Shown here: piece after piece, positions 8,949 through 17,268 of the stretch
How positions within the stretch are numbered: position 1 is the first letter of the stretch
How the letters are laid out: each line of letters starts with the position of its first letter
Source of the DNA: a virus
Lineage: Duplodnaviria > Caudoviricetes
Reading direction: 5' to 3' (one strand)
DNA: 64,000 nt
Virus record (IMG/VR): IMGVR_UViG_2700989102_000001
Span: 42,328-106,327 of that record
Notes under the pieces: generated by a model
Seen by the model: only the letters and a program-made list of their open reading frames with translations
What the model was told of the DNA's origin: nothing
Databases searched by the model: none
Program-made: the position numbers and the translations under genes

Positions 8949-9350
8949 GTGACCCCCGAGTTACGTGACGTACTCACAGAAGCCCTCGTTGCACACGGGG
9001 CGCTGTCCCTCGACGCGTCCCCCGAGGGTGACGTAATCGAATGTGTTTGCGGATGGCACTACACCCGTGAGGACCACGCTAAGCATCAAGCCAGCGTCAT
9101 CGCGTCTCTTCCGGGTGTGGCGGTAATCCAACTACCCGACGAAATGACGGATCGCACCAACGTGGCAGAGAAGATCCGATGTCAACCGATGTGGGAGCAC
9201 CAAGGCTCGTGGGCGACGGTCGAAGGTGACGAGGTCGAGTTTGAAGCCGATAACCAAATGGTGTGCGGCATCATCCCGGTCAACTCCGTCCCGGGGTTGG
9301 TTTCAGTTCTCGCCGCTGCTGCGGTTGTAGCCGAGGGGGAAGACAAGTGA
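8949..9350 (+). CDS. Mosaic protein (SLPGVAVIQLP family)
   Basis: GTG start after GAGGAG; exact DNA blocks shared with 4542-4985 and 5206-5544. Confidence 0.7.
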   Translation: MTPELRDVLTEALVAHGALSLDASPEGDVIECVCGWHYTREDHAKHQASVIASLPGVAVIQLPDEMTDRTNVAEKIRCQPMWEHQGSWATVEGDEVEFEADNQMVCGIIPVNSVPGLVSVLAAAAVVAEGEDK

Positions 9351-9691
9351 GCGATCAGACACGTATCGAAGCGACTCTCGGGCAGATGTTTCGGGACCAC
9401 TTCTTCGACAGCCCCCACGAGGACACCCGGTGCTGTGTTGAAGAGTTCCTGGAAGCGTTGAAAGCGAACCGCATAGCACTCATAGAACTCCCCGAACCGT
9501 CCTACGAAGACGACACCGGCGGGATTGGATTCAACGGCGGACCCGGTGACCGTGAGATCGCCGCTGAGCGTGGCGTGTATGTCTTCGGTGGCGGGGTTTT
9601 TGACCAGTGGGACGGCGTGAACCCCGACCAGGCCCGGAAGATTGGTAGCTGGTGGATCGCTGCCGCTGCTGCTGCGGAGGTGACCGAATGA
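9347..9691 (+). CDS. Hypothetical protein (ANRIALIELPEP family)
   Basis: GTGA overlap; conserved junction motif. Confidence 0.7.
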   Translation: MSDQTRIEATLGQMFRDHFFDSPHEDTRCCVEEFLEALKANRIALIELPEPSYEDDTGGIGFNGGPGDREIAAERGVYVFGGGVFDQWDGVNPDQARKIGSWWIAAAAAAEVTE

Positions 9692-9876
9692 GCTGGCTCA
9701 AAGAACCCGTTCCTCCATCCGAGAATTACGCCAGCCCGCTCATCACCCGTGTGGAATTGGTGGACCATCGTTCGTCGGCCGGTAAACCCGGAAGAGTGTT
9801 CTCCGCCTTCGACGTGGAGAATGTTCTCGTCTCCGTCCAGGATGATGGGCGGACGTTGAAAGTGTTTGTGAGTTGA
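9688..9876 (+). CDS. Hypothetical protein
   Basis: ITRVELVDH...SVQDDGRTLKVF, a recurrent small phage protein pattern. Confidence 0.7.
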   Translation: MSWLKEPVPPSENYASPLITRVELVDHRSSAGKPGRVFSAFDVENVLVSVQDDGRTLKVFVS

Positions 9877-10079
9877 CGAGATACTTCTACGTACCGGGCA
9901 TGGCCCATCCGTATTGGATTGTCAGCGAGGAGCATGACTGGCCCGAGCCCGGCGATGTCACAACAGTGGCAACGAACTCTGCGGCTAGCACCGACATGGG
10001 CGATCTGTACGACACAGAGTTTTTTGATCTCTTCCCGAATGCGGTGGAGATTTCCAAGGAGGAATTCAAGGCGCGATGA
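9873..10079 (+). CDS. Hypothetical protein
   Basis: Coupled ORF. Confidence 0.55.
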   Translation: MTRYFYVPGMAHPYWIVSEEHDWPEPGDVTTVATNSAASTDMGDLYDTEFFDLFPNAVEISKEEFKAR

Positions 10080-10453
10080 TCGACGATCTCGACATCCCAT
10101 ATGGCATCTGCCCGTCCCAGGTGGATGGGTTCACCGCCGACAGGCGACCCTTTTACTTCCGCTGTCGCCACGCTCGCTGGACTATCGCCATTGGCGAGGT
10201 GGGCTGGGGAGCGAACTGCCTGTCTTGGCCGGAGAGCTTCCGCGAACGAATCGAGTTCTCCGGTAAGGGGGACTATGTGTCCAAGGTTGAGGTGGACACT
10301 CTTCTGACCGAGCACCTGGGCGAGGGGTGGCGCCAGGCCACGTGGGAAGAGTGCCTCTTCACCAGGACGTGCAGATGCGGAAAAGACTTTGAGGCCAGTG
10401 GCAGATCCATCTGCAGGGAATGCATGGTGAAGAAGCTCCGGGGAGACGGATGA
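10076..10453 (+). CDS. Hypothetical protein with C-terminal zinc finger
   Basis: CPSQ..G...FYFRCRH; CRC...CREC. Confidence 0.65.
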   Translation: MIDDLDIPYGICPSQVDGFTADRRPFYFRCRHARWTIAIGEVGWGANCLSWPESFRERIEFSGKGDYVSKVEVDTLLTEHLGEGWRQATWEECLFTRTCRCGKDFEASGRSICRECMVKKLRGDG

Positions 10454-10617
10454 CCGTGCGCCGACGCAATCCAACGATGGCTGAAAGAAGGCTGACATGA
10501 CTGCAGCTACCGACCGATACTTGCGCACGTAAATTTTGATACAGCAAAGACGTTAGCACCGGAAAAGATCTTGATAATCCACCTTTATCCGCTTGGTAAG
10601 TTCCGGTATCTTGGTTA

Positions 10618-10869
10618 GTGATGCTACGAGGGGCTATAGCAGTAGCGATCATGGTGGGGATTGGCGTGGCGGGGGCCGCGCCTGTAAGCGCGGATGGCTG
10701 TTCCCGCCCGGTCGTGCTACTCAACGGTGAAGAGGTGCCGCAGCACCAGCCAACGCTGCGGTGTAACGGTGTCGGCGGCTCCATGGGGAGCGGCGGCGCC
10801 CGACCCAGGGGGCTCCTGGGCAACTTTCCAATCGTCGGGAACCTCCCCGGCCTAGGCGGCATTCTTTAG
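10618..10869 (+). CDS. Small secreted protein
   Basis: Signal peptide ending PVSA. Confidence 0.6.
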   Translation: MMLRGAIAVAIMVGIGVAGAAPVSADGCSRPVVLLNGEEVPQHQPTLRCNGVGGSMGSGGARPRGLLGNFPIVGNLPGLGGIL

Positions 10870-11559
10870 GCCGCGCTGCAGCTTCCTGAAGCCTTTCATC
10901 TTTTGCTGCCACGAGTATGCCGCTGCGATGGCGAAGCCGATCAGCCACATTGCAGTGCCCATGAGGATCGCCCAGTAGGCGCGTTCCCCGCCCCATAGGT
11001 TGACGTCGGTCATCATGCACGCCAGGGCGACCATCTGGCCGAGCTGGGCAATGAACCCTGCAGCGCATGGCACCAGGAACAGAACGGCCATGCGCCGCTG
11101 CCGCACGTCGCCAGCGAGGACGACCAGGGCTAGGATCGCAAACCCTAGAAGATAGGCGGTGGTCGCGGTCATCGCCACGGAGTAGATCTCGATGTAGATC
11201 GGGATGCTCCACTGGCGCCCGCGCAGCTCGGCCGTGAACCCTCCGCCGAGGAATAGGGCGGCGACCATGGCGAGGACGCCCGCCAGCATTGGATTGGCCA
11301 CCCACCGCCGGACGATGTGCCAGGTGTCTCCTTCTATGCGGGAGACCGCGGTGGTGGCGATGGCCCCGGCGCCGGCGACGAGGCAGATGTGCCCCGCCAC
11401 CTGGAGCAGCCCGAGGCAGAAGGTGAGAACGATGCTGAGCCCGAGGAGGGCGACAGCAATGGTGGATGCCAACTCCCAGCGCAGGGACCAGGTCATCCAT
11501 CGCACCCGGAGGCTCCAGCCGAGGCAGGAGAGGGCGGCGATCGTTAGGGCAGTTGTCAT
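10852..11559 (-). CDS. Multi-pass membrane protein downstream of repressor
   Basis: About 6-7 hydrophobic segments. Confidence 0.75.
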   Translation of the reverse strand: MTTALTIAALSCLGWSLRVRWMTWSLRWELASTIAVALLGLSIVLTFCLGLLQVAGHICLVAGAGAIATTAVSRIEGDTWHIVRRWVANPMLAGVLAMVAALFLGGGFTAELRGRQWSIPIYIEIYSVAMTATTAYLLGFAILALVVLAGDVRQRRMAVLFLVPCAAGFIAQLGQMVALACMMTDVNLWGGERAYWAILMGTAMWLIGFAIAAAYSWQQKMKGFRKLQRGLKNAA

Positions 11560-11664
11560 GCTTGGCCTTCAAGAAAAGCGCGGAAACGGTCGCTGCCAAG
11601 TAAACGCTTTATTAAGCAAGATCAACAGGGGGCTAAGAAAATATTAAGGCCCGATGCTGAATCG

Positions 11665-12084
11665 TTATATAGGCGGGGCATCCTGACGGGCGCGGAACCT
11701 AGCCAGCCTCCCCGTCTTCTTCCTCGTCTGGACTTTTAAAGAGCTGGGCTCAGTCCTGTTCAGGACCTCTTCGAGCAGTTCCTCGGTCTCCACCATCCCT
11801 AGGTCGGGCTCGTGGCGCACCACTGTGTCATATTCTTCTGCCCGGCCGTAGCCGGCGGCGGCCATCGCTTCGGGGAGTGTGGACCCCTCGCCGAACTGGC
11901 GCCAGAAGTTGACCACCTTGTCCGCGGAGGGCTTCGTGAACCCTTCCGCCTTGATCCAGTTGCCGACCATCGACCCTGATGCGTCGACCAATTTGCCAAT
12001 CTGCTCGTTGGTCAGATCCCCCCGGTGTGCATCCAACTGACGCAGAACGTACCGGGACCATGTCTGCGCGAAGTCTCCATCCAT
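11665..12084 (-). CDS. Immunity repressor (XRE HTH)
   Basis: LTNEQIGKLVDASGSMVGNW HTH; divergent from cro-like gene. Confidence 0.75.
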   Translation of the reverse strand: MDGDFAQTWSRYVLRQLDAHRGDLTNEQIGKLVDASGSMVGNWIKAEGFTKPSADKVVNFWRQFGEGSTLPEAMAAAGYGRAEEYDTVVRHEPDLGMVETEELLEEVLNRTEPSSLKVQTRKKTGRLARFRARQDAPPI

Positions 12085-12364
12085 GGTTAAGACGCTACTC
12101 CACTGTGGTGAGATGTTGCAACACCCGCAATTTAACTGCAGTGCGGATTTCGTTGGCAAAACCCCTGTTCAGGTACCGGTTCCATGTCTCACAACAATGT
12201 AACTCCACCCCTGGGAGGCGTTGCAGCAACTCAACATTAGGCACATTAGAGGTTTGCCGAAGCCTTGCGTGGGTAACGACAGCGCACTACAGTGAATCCC
12301 ATCACGCAGCGCAGTTGAATTGCACTGCTAATCCAGAGCAGTACCGCGAGGGGATGGTGATTCC

Positions 12365-12589
12365 ATGGCTTTCTTCCGTGTCAACCACGAGGGCTTTCAG
12401 CGCATCAAGCAGCAAGGCCTGGCCAAAAGCGATCGGGCGATCGCGAAGATGTTTCAGGTAGATCCGGCGACGATGCACCGGGTCCTCAACGGCAAGACCG
12501 AACCGACCGGCCGAGTGGTTGCCGGTGCGATGGCGGCGCTCGGCCCAGCATGGGTTGGCATCCTCTTCGACCTCGTGGACGAACAGTGA
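12365..12589 (+). CDS. cro: Cro-like HTH protein
   Basis: SDRAIAKMFQVDPATMHRVLNGKTEP; first gene of the rightward early operon. Confidence 0.8.
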   Translation: MAFFRVNHEGFQRIKQQGLAKSDRAIAKMFQVDPATMHRVLNGKTEPTGRVVAGAMAALGPAWVGILFDLVDEQ

Positions 12590-12831
12590 ATACCTGCTAC
12601 CGCGGCCACGAGCGATCCGAGGAAAACACCTACGTCTTCTTCGACAACGGCCAGAAGAAACACATGTGCCGCGAGTGCCGCCGCAAGGTCGGCCGAGTGT
12701 GCGACTACTGCAACAACGTCTTCACCACCACCCTTCAGCGGGACTCCTGGACCTGCCCGACCTGCACCAGCGGCGGGGTTGTCACCAAAGACTTCACCCC
12801 ACTGGGGTCCACCTGGGTTACGAGCGGATAG
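12586..12831 (+). CDS. Zinc-binding protein
   Basis: C..GH...ENT, CREC, CDYC, CPTC. Confidence 0.65.
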   Translation: MNTCYRGHERSEENTYVFFDNGQKKHMCRECRRKVGRVCDYCNNVFTTTLQRDSWTCPTCTSGGVVTKDFTPLGSTWVTSG

Positions 12832-12839
12832 GACAGAAC

Positions 12840-13196
12840 ATGAGGAACACAGCTCTTCTCAACGAGGTCATGCAGTTCATCCTCGATTACCCCGAGGCGC
12901 ACGATCAGACCATTTTCTCGAACGCCGAGGGCACTATCGGGTGCTTCGCGGGCTGGACCTGCTACCTGGCCGGCTATGACCGGGTTCTCGACGACTTCGT
13001 GAATGTGAACACTCCCGAGGGGCCTGCTGCGACTGGGGACGTGGCGCAGCGGGTGTTGGGGCTCACTCTCGACGAGAGCCGCGACCTCTTCCTCTCCAAG
13101 AACGGGGTCGCAGACCTCCAATTGATGGTTGCTGACCTTGTAGCGGGCAAGCCACTCGGCTCCGCCACCAGTTACTGGCAGAAGACGGGGCACTAG
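12840..13196 (+). CDS. Hypothetical protein
   Basis: MRNTALLNEV...HDQ...CFAGW. Confidence 0.7.
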   Translation: MRNTALLNEVMQFILDYPEAHDQTIFSNAEGTIGCFAGWTCYLAGYDRVLDDFVNVNTPEGPAATGDVAQRVLGLTLDESRDLFLSKNGVADLQLMVADLVAGKPLGSATSYWQKTGH

Positions 13197-13994
13197 ATGA
13201 TCCCCGCACTTACGCATTTCGATGCGAGACGGAAGTTCCTCGCCGAATCCGTCCGCTACAACAGCACCGGCCAGAAGCTCGACATCTGGCTTCCCCTCAA
13301 TCCCGTGGATGCACCGGTCTTCATGTTCATCCCCGGCGGGGCCTGGACCATCGGGGATCGGCGCGGCCAAGGCTACGCCATCATGTCCCACCTTATTCAA
13401 CAAGGCTGGATCTGTGTCGCCATCGACTACCGCACCGCTCCCCAGAACCAATGGCCCGCCCCTTTCGAAGATGTCAACGACGCCTGGAATTGGGTTGTCT
13501 CGAACATTCACGCTTACGGCGGGGGAGACTTCCTCGCGGTCGGGGGAGCTTCCGCCGGCGGCCACATGGCCTCACTCTTGGGATTGACCACATGGTCATT
13601 CTCTAAACCCGATGCAGTGATTTCTTTGTACGGGGTGTACGACTGGACCTCCAAGAGCCTCGACCACTGGTTGATCAACCGGTACGTGGAGAACGTTGTG
13701 GTGGGCCGACGCGACCCCGAAACCCTCCGCGTCTCCTCGCCCATCCATCAGGTGCACCACGACGCCCCGCCTTTCCTGATCATCCAGGGGGATAGGGATC
13801 TGGTTACTCCGCAGGGCGGGGCGAAGAAGTTCCACCAGAAGCTCGTGAAGACCTCCCAGAATCCGGCGGTGTATCACAACATCCCCGGCGGGGTGCACGG
13901 GTTCGACCTGATCCAGCCTCGGCAGACCAAGTCCGCAGTGGGGGCTATCGACCACTTCCTCTCTTCCCGCATCGCCCTCCAGGAGGCGTCGTGA
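13197..13994 (+). CDS. Alpha/beta-hydrolase esterase/lipase (HSL-like)
   Basis: PGGAW oxyanion motif, GASAG nucleophile, GDRD and HGF catalytic residues. Confidence 0.9.
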   Translation: MIPALTHFDARRKFLAESVRYNSTGQKLDIWLPLNPVDAPVFMFIPGGAWTIGDRRGQGYAIMSHLIQQGWICVAIDYRTAPQNQWPAPFEDVNDAWNWVVSNIHAYGGGDFLAVGGASAGGHMASLLGLTTWSFSKPDAVISLYGVYDWTSKSLDHWLINRYVENVVVGRRDPETLRVSSPIHQVHHDAPPFLIIQGDRDLVTPQGGAKKFHQKLVKTSQNPAVYHNIPGGVHGFDLIQPRQTKSAVGAIDHFLSSRIALQEAS

Positions 13995-14109
13995 CCACTC
14001 CTGCGATCATCTTCCTCGCCTCCGTAGGAATCGCCCCCATCGTGGCGCTCCTCATCGGCACCGTCCAGGCTAGGGCCGAGCGGTGGGCGCACGATAAGGA
14101 CTTTTGGCT

Positions 14110-14355
14110 ATGAGGACCTGCACGCGCGAAGACTGCGAGCGGAAACACCACGCCAGGGGATACTGCAAGTTCCACTACAAGCGCTGGCACGACGGTGTCG
14201 ACCTAGACCGCCCCTACGGCCCCGGTCGGCTGAGGTTCTTCGACTGGGCGATGTGCGGAACGCCAGCCCAATACAAGAAGCATCTTCGGCACAACATCCC
14301 GATGTGCGAGCCGTGCCGGAAAGCGGAGAGTCGACGCCAGCAGGATCGGCCATGA
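14110..14355 (+). CDS. Zinc-finger protein
   Basis: C....C...HHARGYCKFHY; CGT...CEPC. Confidence 0.6.
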   Translation: MRTCTREDCERKHHARGYCKFHYKRWHDGVDLDRPYGPGRLRFFDWAMCGTPAQYKKHLRHNIPMCEPCRKAESRRQQDRP

Positions 14356-14660
14356 AAGATTCCTCGGAACATTTACAGGGATCTGATCATGGCGCTGATA
14401 AAATTGGACTACCCGAAGGACTGCAAGACTGGGGGCCAGCGTGCGGAATGCGAGAAGAACTTCTCACGCTCCCAGTGTGCAGAAAACCCGCTACGCACAG
14501 TCTCAACGACTGCGACAACGTCGTTTTGACTTGCCTCGAATGTCATCAAGCTTATATGGATTATCTTCGCCACGAGGTGTCCACCTTCCCCAAGGCGAAG
14601 TGCAAGACCTGCGAACAGGATGTTGATCTCCTGCTCCACCTTCAGCTGAAGAAGCTGTAA
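14352..14660 (+). CDS. Cys-rich zinc-binding protein
   Basis: CLEC, CKTC; similar pattern to 18518 and 21642 genes. Confidence 0.55.
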   Translation: MKDSSEHLQGSDHGADKIGLPEGLQDWGPACGMREELLTLPVCRKPATHSLNDCDNVVLTCLECHQAYMDYLRHEVSTFPKAKCKTCEQDVDLLLHLQLKKL

Positions 14661-14896
14661 CAACAGACTTACATCGCTTTTCACGGCGGGATGCCAGCGT
14701 TCTCCAAAGTCGATGGGGATGACGATTCCACCAGCCCTCGGGTGCCGTGTTGAGTACATAAAAATGTGACGGGTTAAGCCATAGGGGCAGAAATGCCGCC
14801 CGCGGGGACACATAAACCCCGCCGTTAGCCTTCGGGCGCGTAGACCCACTTCGGTGGAGGATCAAGCTTACCCAGTTTTTTGCAGAGAAATCTGCA
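14661..14896 (+). ncRNA. Putative structured non-coding RNA
   Basis: Gene-free gap with many helices, two C(UUCG)G loops and two AGAAAT-loop hairpins. Confidence 0.5.
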
Positions 14897-14963
14897 GCGC
14901 ACGGCCGGAACGGTCCGGCATGAATTCCGATTCATCAAGGTTCAACTCCTTGCGTGCGCACCA
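14897..14963 (+). ncRNA. tRNA-like element lacking a canonical anticodon loop, ending in ACCA
   Basis: Perfect 7-bp acceptor, 5-bp D stem with GG in loop, 6-bp stem with 4-nt loop, CAAGG-TTCAACT-CCTTG T-arm, CCA. Confidence 0.75.
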
Positions 14964-14964
14964 G

Positions 14965-14999
14965 GCCACGGGAGGTGTCTGCTCCCTCCCGTGGCTTTT
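14965..14999 (+). terminator. Intrinsic terminator
   Basis: GCCACGGGAG / CTCCCGTGGC stem followed by TTTT. Confidence 0.8.
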
Positions 15000-15027
15000 C
15001 CATGCCCATTTACCAGGAGGTAGGTCC

Positions 15028-15327
15028 ATGCGCGGATTCGACAAATACCAGCAGGCTCTGCTTGCCGGGTTGTGGGCACTGTGCGACGCCCAGCCGCCCG
15101 AGAAGCAGGAGCTGCGCCGGCTGCTCAACCCCCGCACCACGGTGACCAGCGAAGCGCACGTTGTCATGGCCACGAGGGCGGCCGAGGACTTCCACCACAA
15201 CATCCGCAAGGGTTTGACGGAGTTGTCCCGGGCCACCCAGAAATACCCTCGCTACGCCTTCGACAAGGACCGAAGGGGAACGGGTGTCCCGAATCATCGA
15301 AAGGTCAGGGTCAATGACGGTCGATAA
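15028..15327 (+). CDS. Hypothetical protein
   Basis: AGGAGG SD, ATG. Confidence 0.7.
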   Translation: MRGFDKYQQALLAGLWALCDAQPPEKQELRRLLNPRTTVTSEAHVVMATRAAEDFHHNIRKGLTELSRATQKYPRYAFDKDRRGTGVPNHRKVRVNDGR

Positions 15328-15592
15328 CGCGGCTAAGGTTCTCTACCTGGCCTACCACAAGGATCGCTACGCCCCGCATTGGGAGTCCGCGTTGGATAAG
15401 ACGCGGTGGCGGCGGGCGGCGGCGGCCCTGCTCCAGGAGATCAAATGAACCGCTGGAAAGTCCGCAAAGAAGACGGCATCTGGAAGATCTACGAGCACGA
15501 TTCCTGGTGGGACTCCGAATACGAGTTTGATCAGGCGATCTTGTGGGCCCACCGCTTTGCCGTGTCCGCATTCGTTATGGACGGTGGTTTAG

Positions 15593-15817
15593 GTGACTGC
15601 CGCTGAAACCATGGAACGTCGAGTAGAGCTCTACGAGCATCTCACCGACATAGACCAGGCCTTGTCCCTCCTGCTCGGCGAGCCCCTCGGGCCCGACACC
15701 GAGGATGTCGCTTTCGAACTCCTTGAAGAGCGCGAGCTGGTCTGCAATCTGATGCGCAGTGTCGGGTACCACCCGTGGGATTCCCCGCTTCACGAAGACG
15801 AAACGAAGGTTTTATGA
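15593..15817 (+). CDS. Hypothetical protein
   Basis: ORF track. Confidence 0.55.
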   Translation: MTAAETMERRVELYEHLTDIDQALSLLLGEPLGPDTEDVAFELLEERELVCNLMRSVGYHPWDSPLHEDETKVL

Positions 15818-15987
15818 ACGACGCAGAGGAAAAGGAAGCGCTAGTTCGCAACGCCCTGCAATACCTGGCCGCGGCGCGCTCCACCGTGGTGGATCACCTC
15901 ACGGGATCGAATGACCTTTATGCCAAGGTCGAGATTCTTCAGGATCTCGACTCGGTTGACCACTACCTGAAGAAGGCCATGCAATGA
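15814..15987 (+). CDS. Hypothetical protein
   Basis: ATGA-coupled ORF. Confidence 0.55.
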   Translation: MNDAEEKEALVRNALQYLAAARSTVVDHLTGSNDLYAKVEILQDLDSVDHYLKKAMQ

Positions 15988-16127
15988 AGCAAACCCTGAA
16001 AGCATTCATCATCGCGGGTGCGGTGGCCGCCGGCTTCACCGGACTGGGCCTCGTCACCGCCCAGCCTGCCGAGGCGGTTCCCGGCCAGTGTGGCGGTGCC
16101 ATTGTCTTCGGTAGCGGCGGGTGCTAG
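15984..16127 (+). pseudogene. Secreted-protein gene probably truncated by HNH insertion
   Basis: Signal peptide (PAEA) then only ~16 aa, stop inside HNH start. Confidence 0.45.
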
Positions 16128-16663
16128 CCGAGTGCTGGATGCCGATTCCGGGCCTTCCGGGGTATGAGGCCAGCTCGCTCGGCCGTGTCAGGTCCCTGCC
16201 CAGGCGGATTACGCAGGTCAGGTATGGCAAGTCACATGTCATTACAGCGAAGGGGCGGGTGCTGAAGCCCCGGATGATCAATGGATATCTTGTGGTTCAG
16301 CCCCGCAGGCCCGACCATTCCACTTGGTCGGTGGGGGTCCACCGTCTGGTGCTCATGGCCTTTAGCGGGGTCCATCACCCGACGCTGGACTGTCGCCACC
16401 TAAATGGCGACCGGATGGATAACCGCCCAGAGAATCTTGAATGGGGCACCCGGCTAGACAATCTAGAGGATCAGAAGCTGCATGGCACCCACCCCTCTCA
16501 GCGTCTGGTGACTCATTGTCCCGCGGGCCATGAATACACTCCCGAAAACACCGCACGGCGCAAATCGGATGGGTCACGGCGCTGTAGGCAATGCGATCGA
16601 GAGTATGCGCGCGAATACCAACGAAGGAAGCGCCGAACCAGGGGCGGATTGAGGCAAGAATGA
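16121..16663 (+). CDS. NUMOD4-HNH homing endonuclease
   Basis: W.PIPGLPGYEASSLGRVRS; VHRLV; HLNG...N...NLEWGT. Confidence 0.9.
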   Translation: MLAECWMPIPGLPGYEASSLGRVRSLPRRITQVRYGKSHVITAKGRVLKPRMINGYLVVQPRRPDHSTWSVGVHRLVLMAFSGVHHPTLDCRHLNGDRMDNRPENLEWGTRLDNLEDQKLHGTHPSQRLVTHCPAGHEYTPENTARRKSDGSRRCRQCDREYAREYQRRKRRTRGGLRQE

Positions 16664-16824
16664 CAATCTACAACCTCTCGTACGACCGCAAAGACGTGCG
16701 GTACGAGGTCCACTACGGGGATAAAACCGAGGTGTTCACCTCTCCGTATATCACTCAACTGTGGTCCTGGCTCGGTAACACCATGGAGCCGGGGGACACC
16801 TTGCACTGGCTACCGGGAGAATAA
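16660..16824 (+). CDS. Hypothetical protein
   Basis: ATGA-coupled ORF. Confidence 0.55.
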   Translation: MTIYNLSYDRKDVRYEVHYGDKTEVFTSPYITQLWSWLGNTMEPGDTLHWLPGE

Positions 16825-16826
16825 CC

Positions 16827-17213
16827 ATGAAAAAGATCTTCACCGCAGTGGTCGCGACCGGCCTCATTCTCGGCCTCTCGTCATGTTACTCCGACGCCGA
16901 TGTCGCATCGGAGAACCTTTCCAAGGCGGCCGACAACTTCGAGATCCCCCGACGGATCGTGTTCTTCAACGGCATCACCGACAACTACCTCCTGGAGATC
17001 CAGGGTCGGTGCGCCATCTTCCCCGACACCGGATCAAAGAAGCTCGATGTGGTGTGCAAGATGGGCGACGGCTCCCTGAAGAAGCACTTTCTGGGACTGT
17101 CGGACAACGTTTCATATCTCGTGGAGCAGGTGGACGGCGCCAACGTCAGCACCGACTTCTACCAGGTGAACTTCAAGCCGACCACCATCCTGCCGGACGT
17201 CAAGCTTCGGTAA
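16827..17213 (+). CDS. Conserved phage lipoprotein
   Basis: Lipobox LSSC; ADNFEIPRRIVFFNGITD. Confidence 0.8.
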   Translation: MKKIFTAVVATGLILGLSSCYSDADVASENLSKAADNFEIPRRIVFFNGITDNYLLEIQGRCAIFPDTGSKKLDVVCKMGDGSLKKHFLGLSDNVSYLVEQVDGANVSTDFYQVNFKPTTILPDVKLR

Positions 17214-17268
17214 GGCCAAAAACTTTCTCTCCCAAGCCGCTGGACAGCGCAAACCCAAGGAAACGACA

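Noticed and set aside
16827-17213. Recombination directionality factor label sometimes given to this family
   Set aside because: Signal peptide and lipobox indicate a lipoprotein; a proper xis lies beside int
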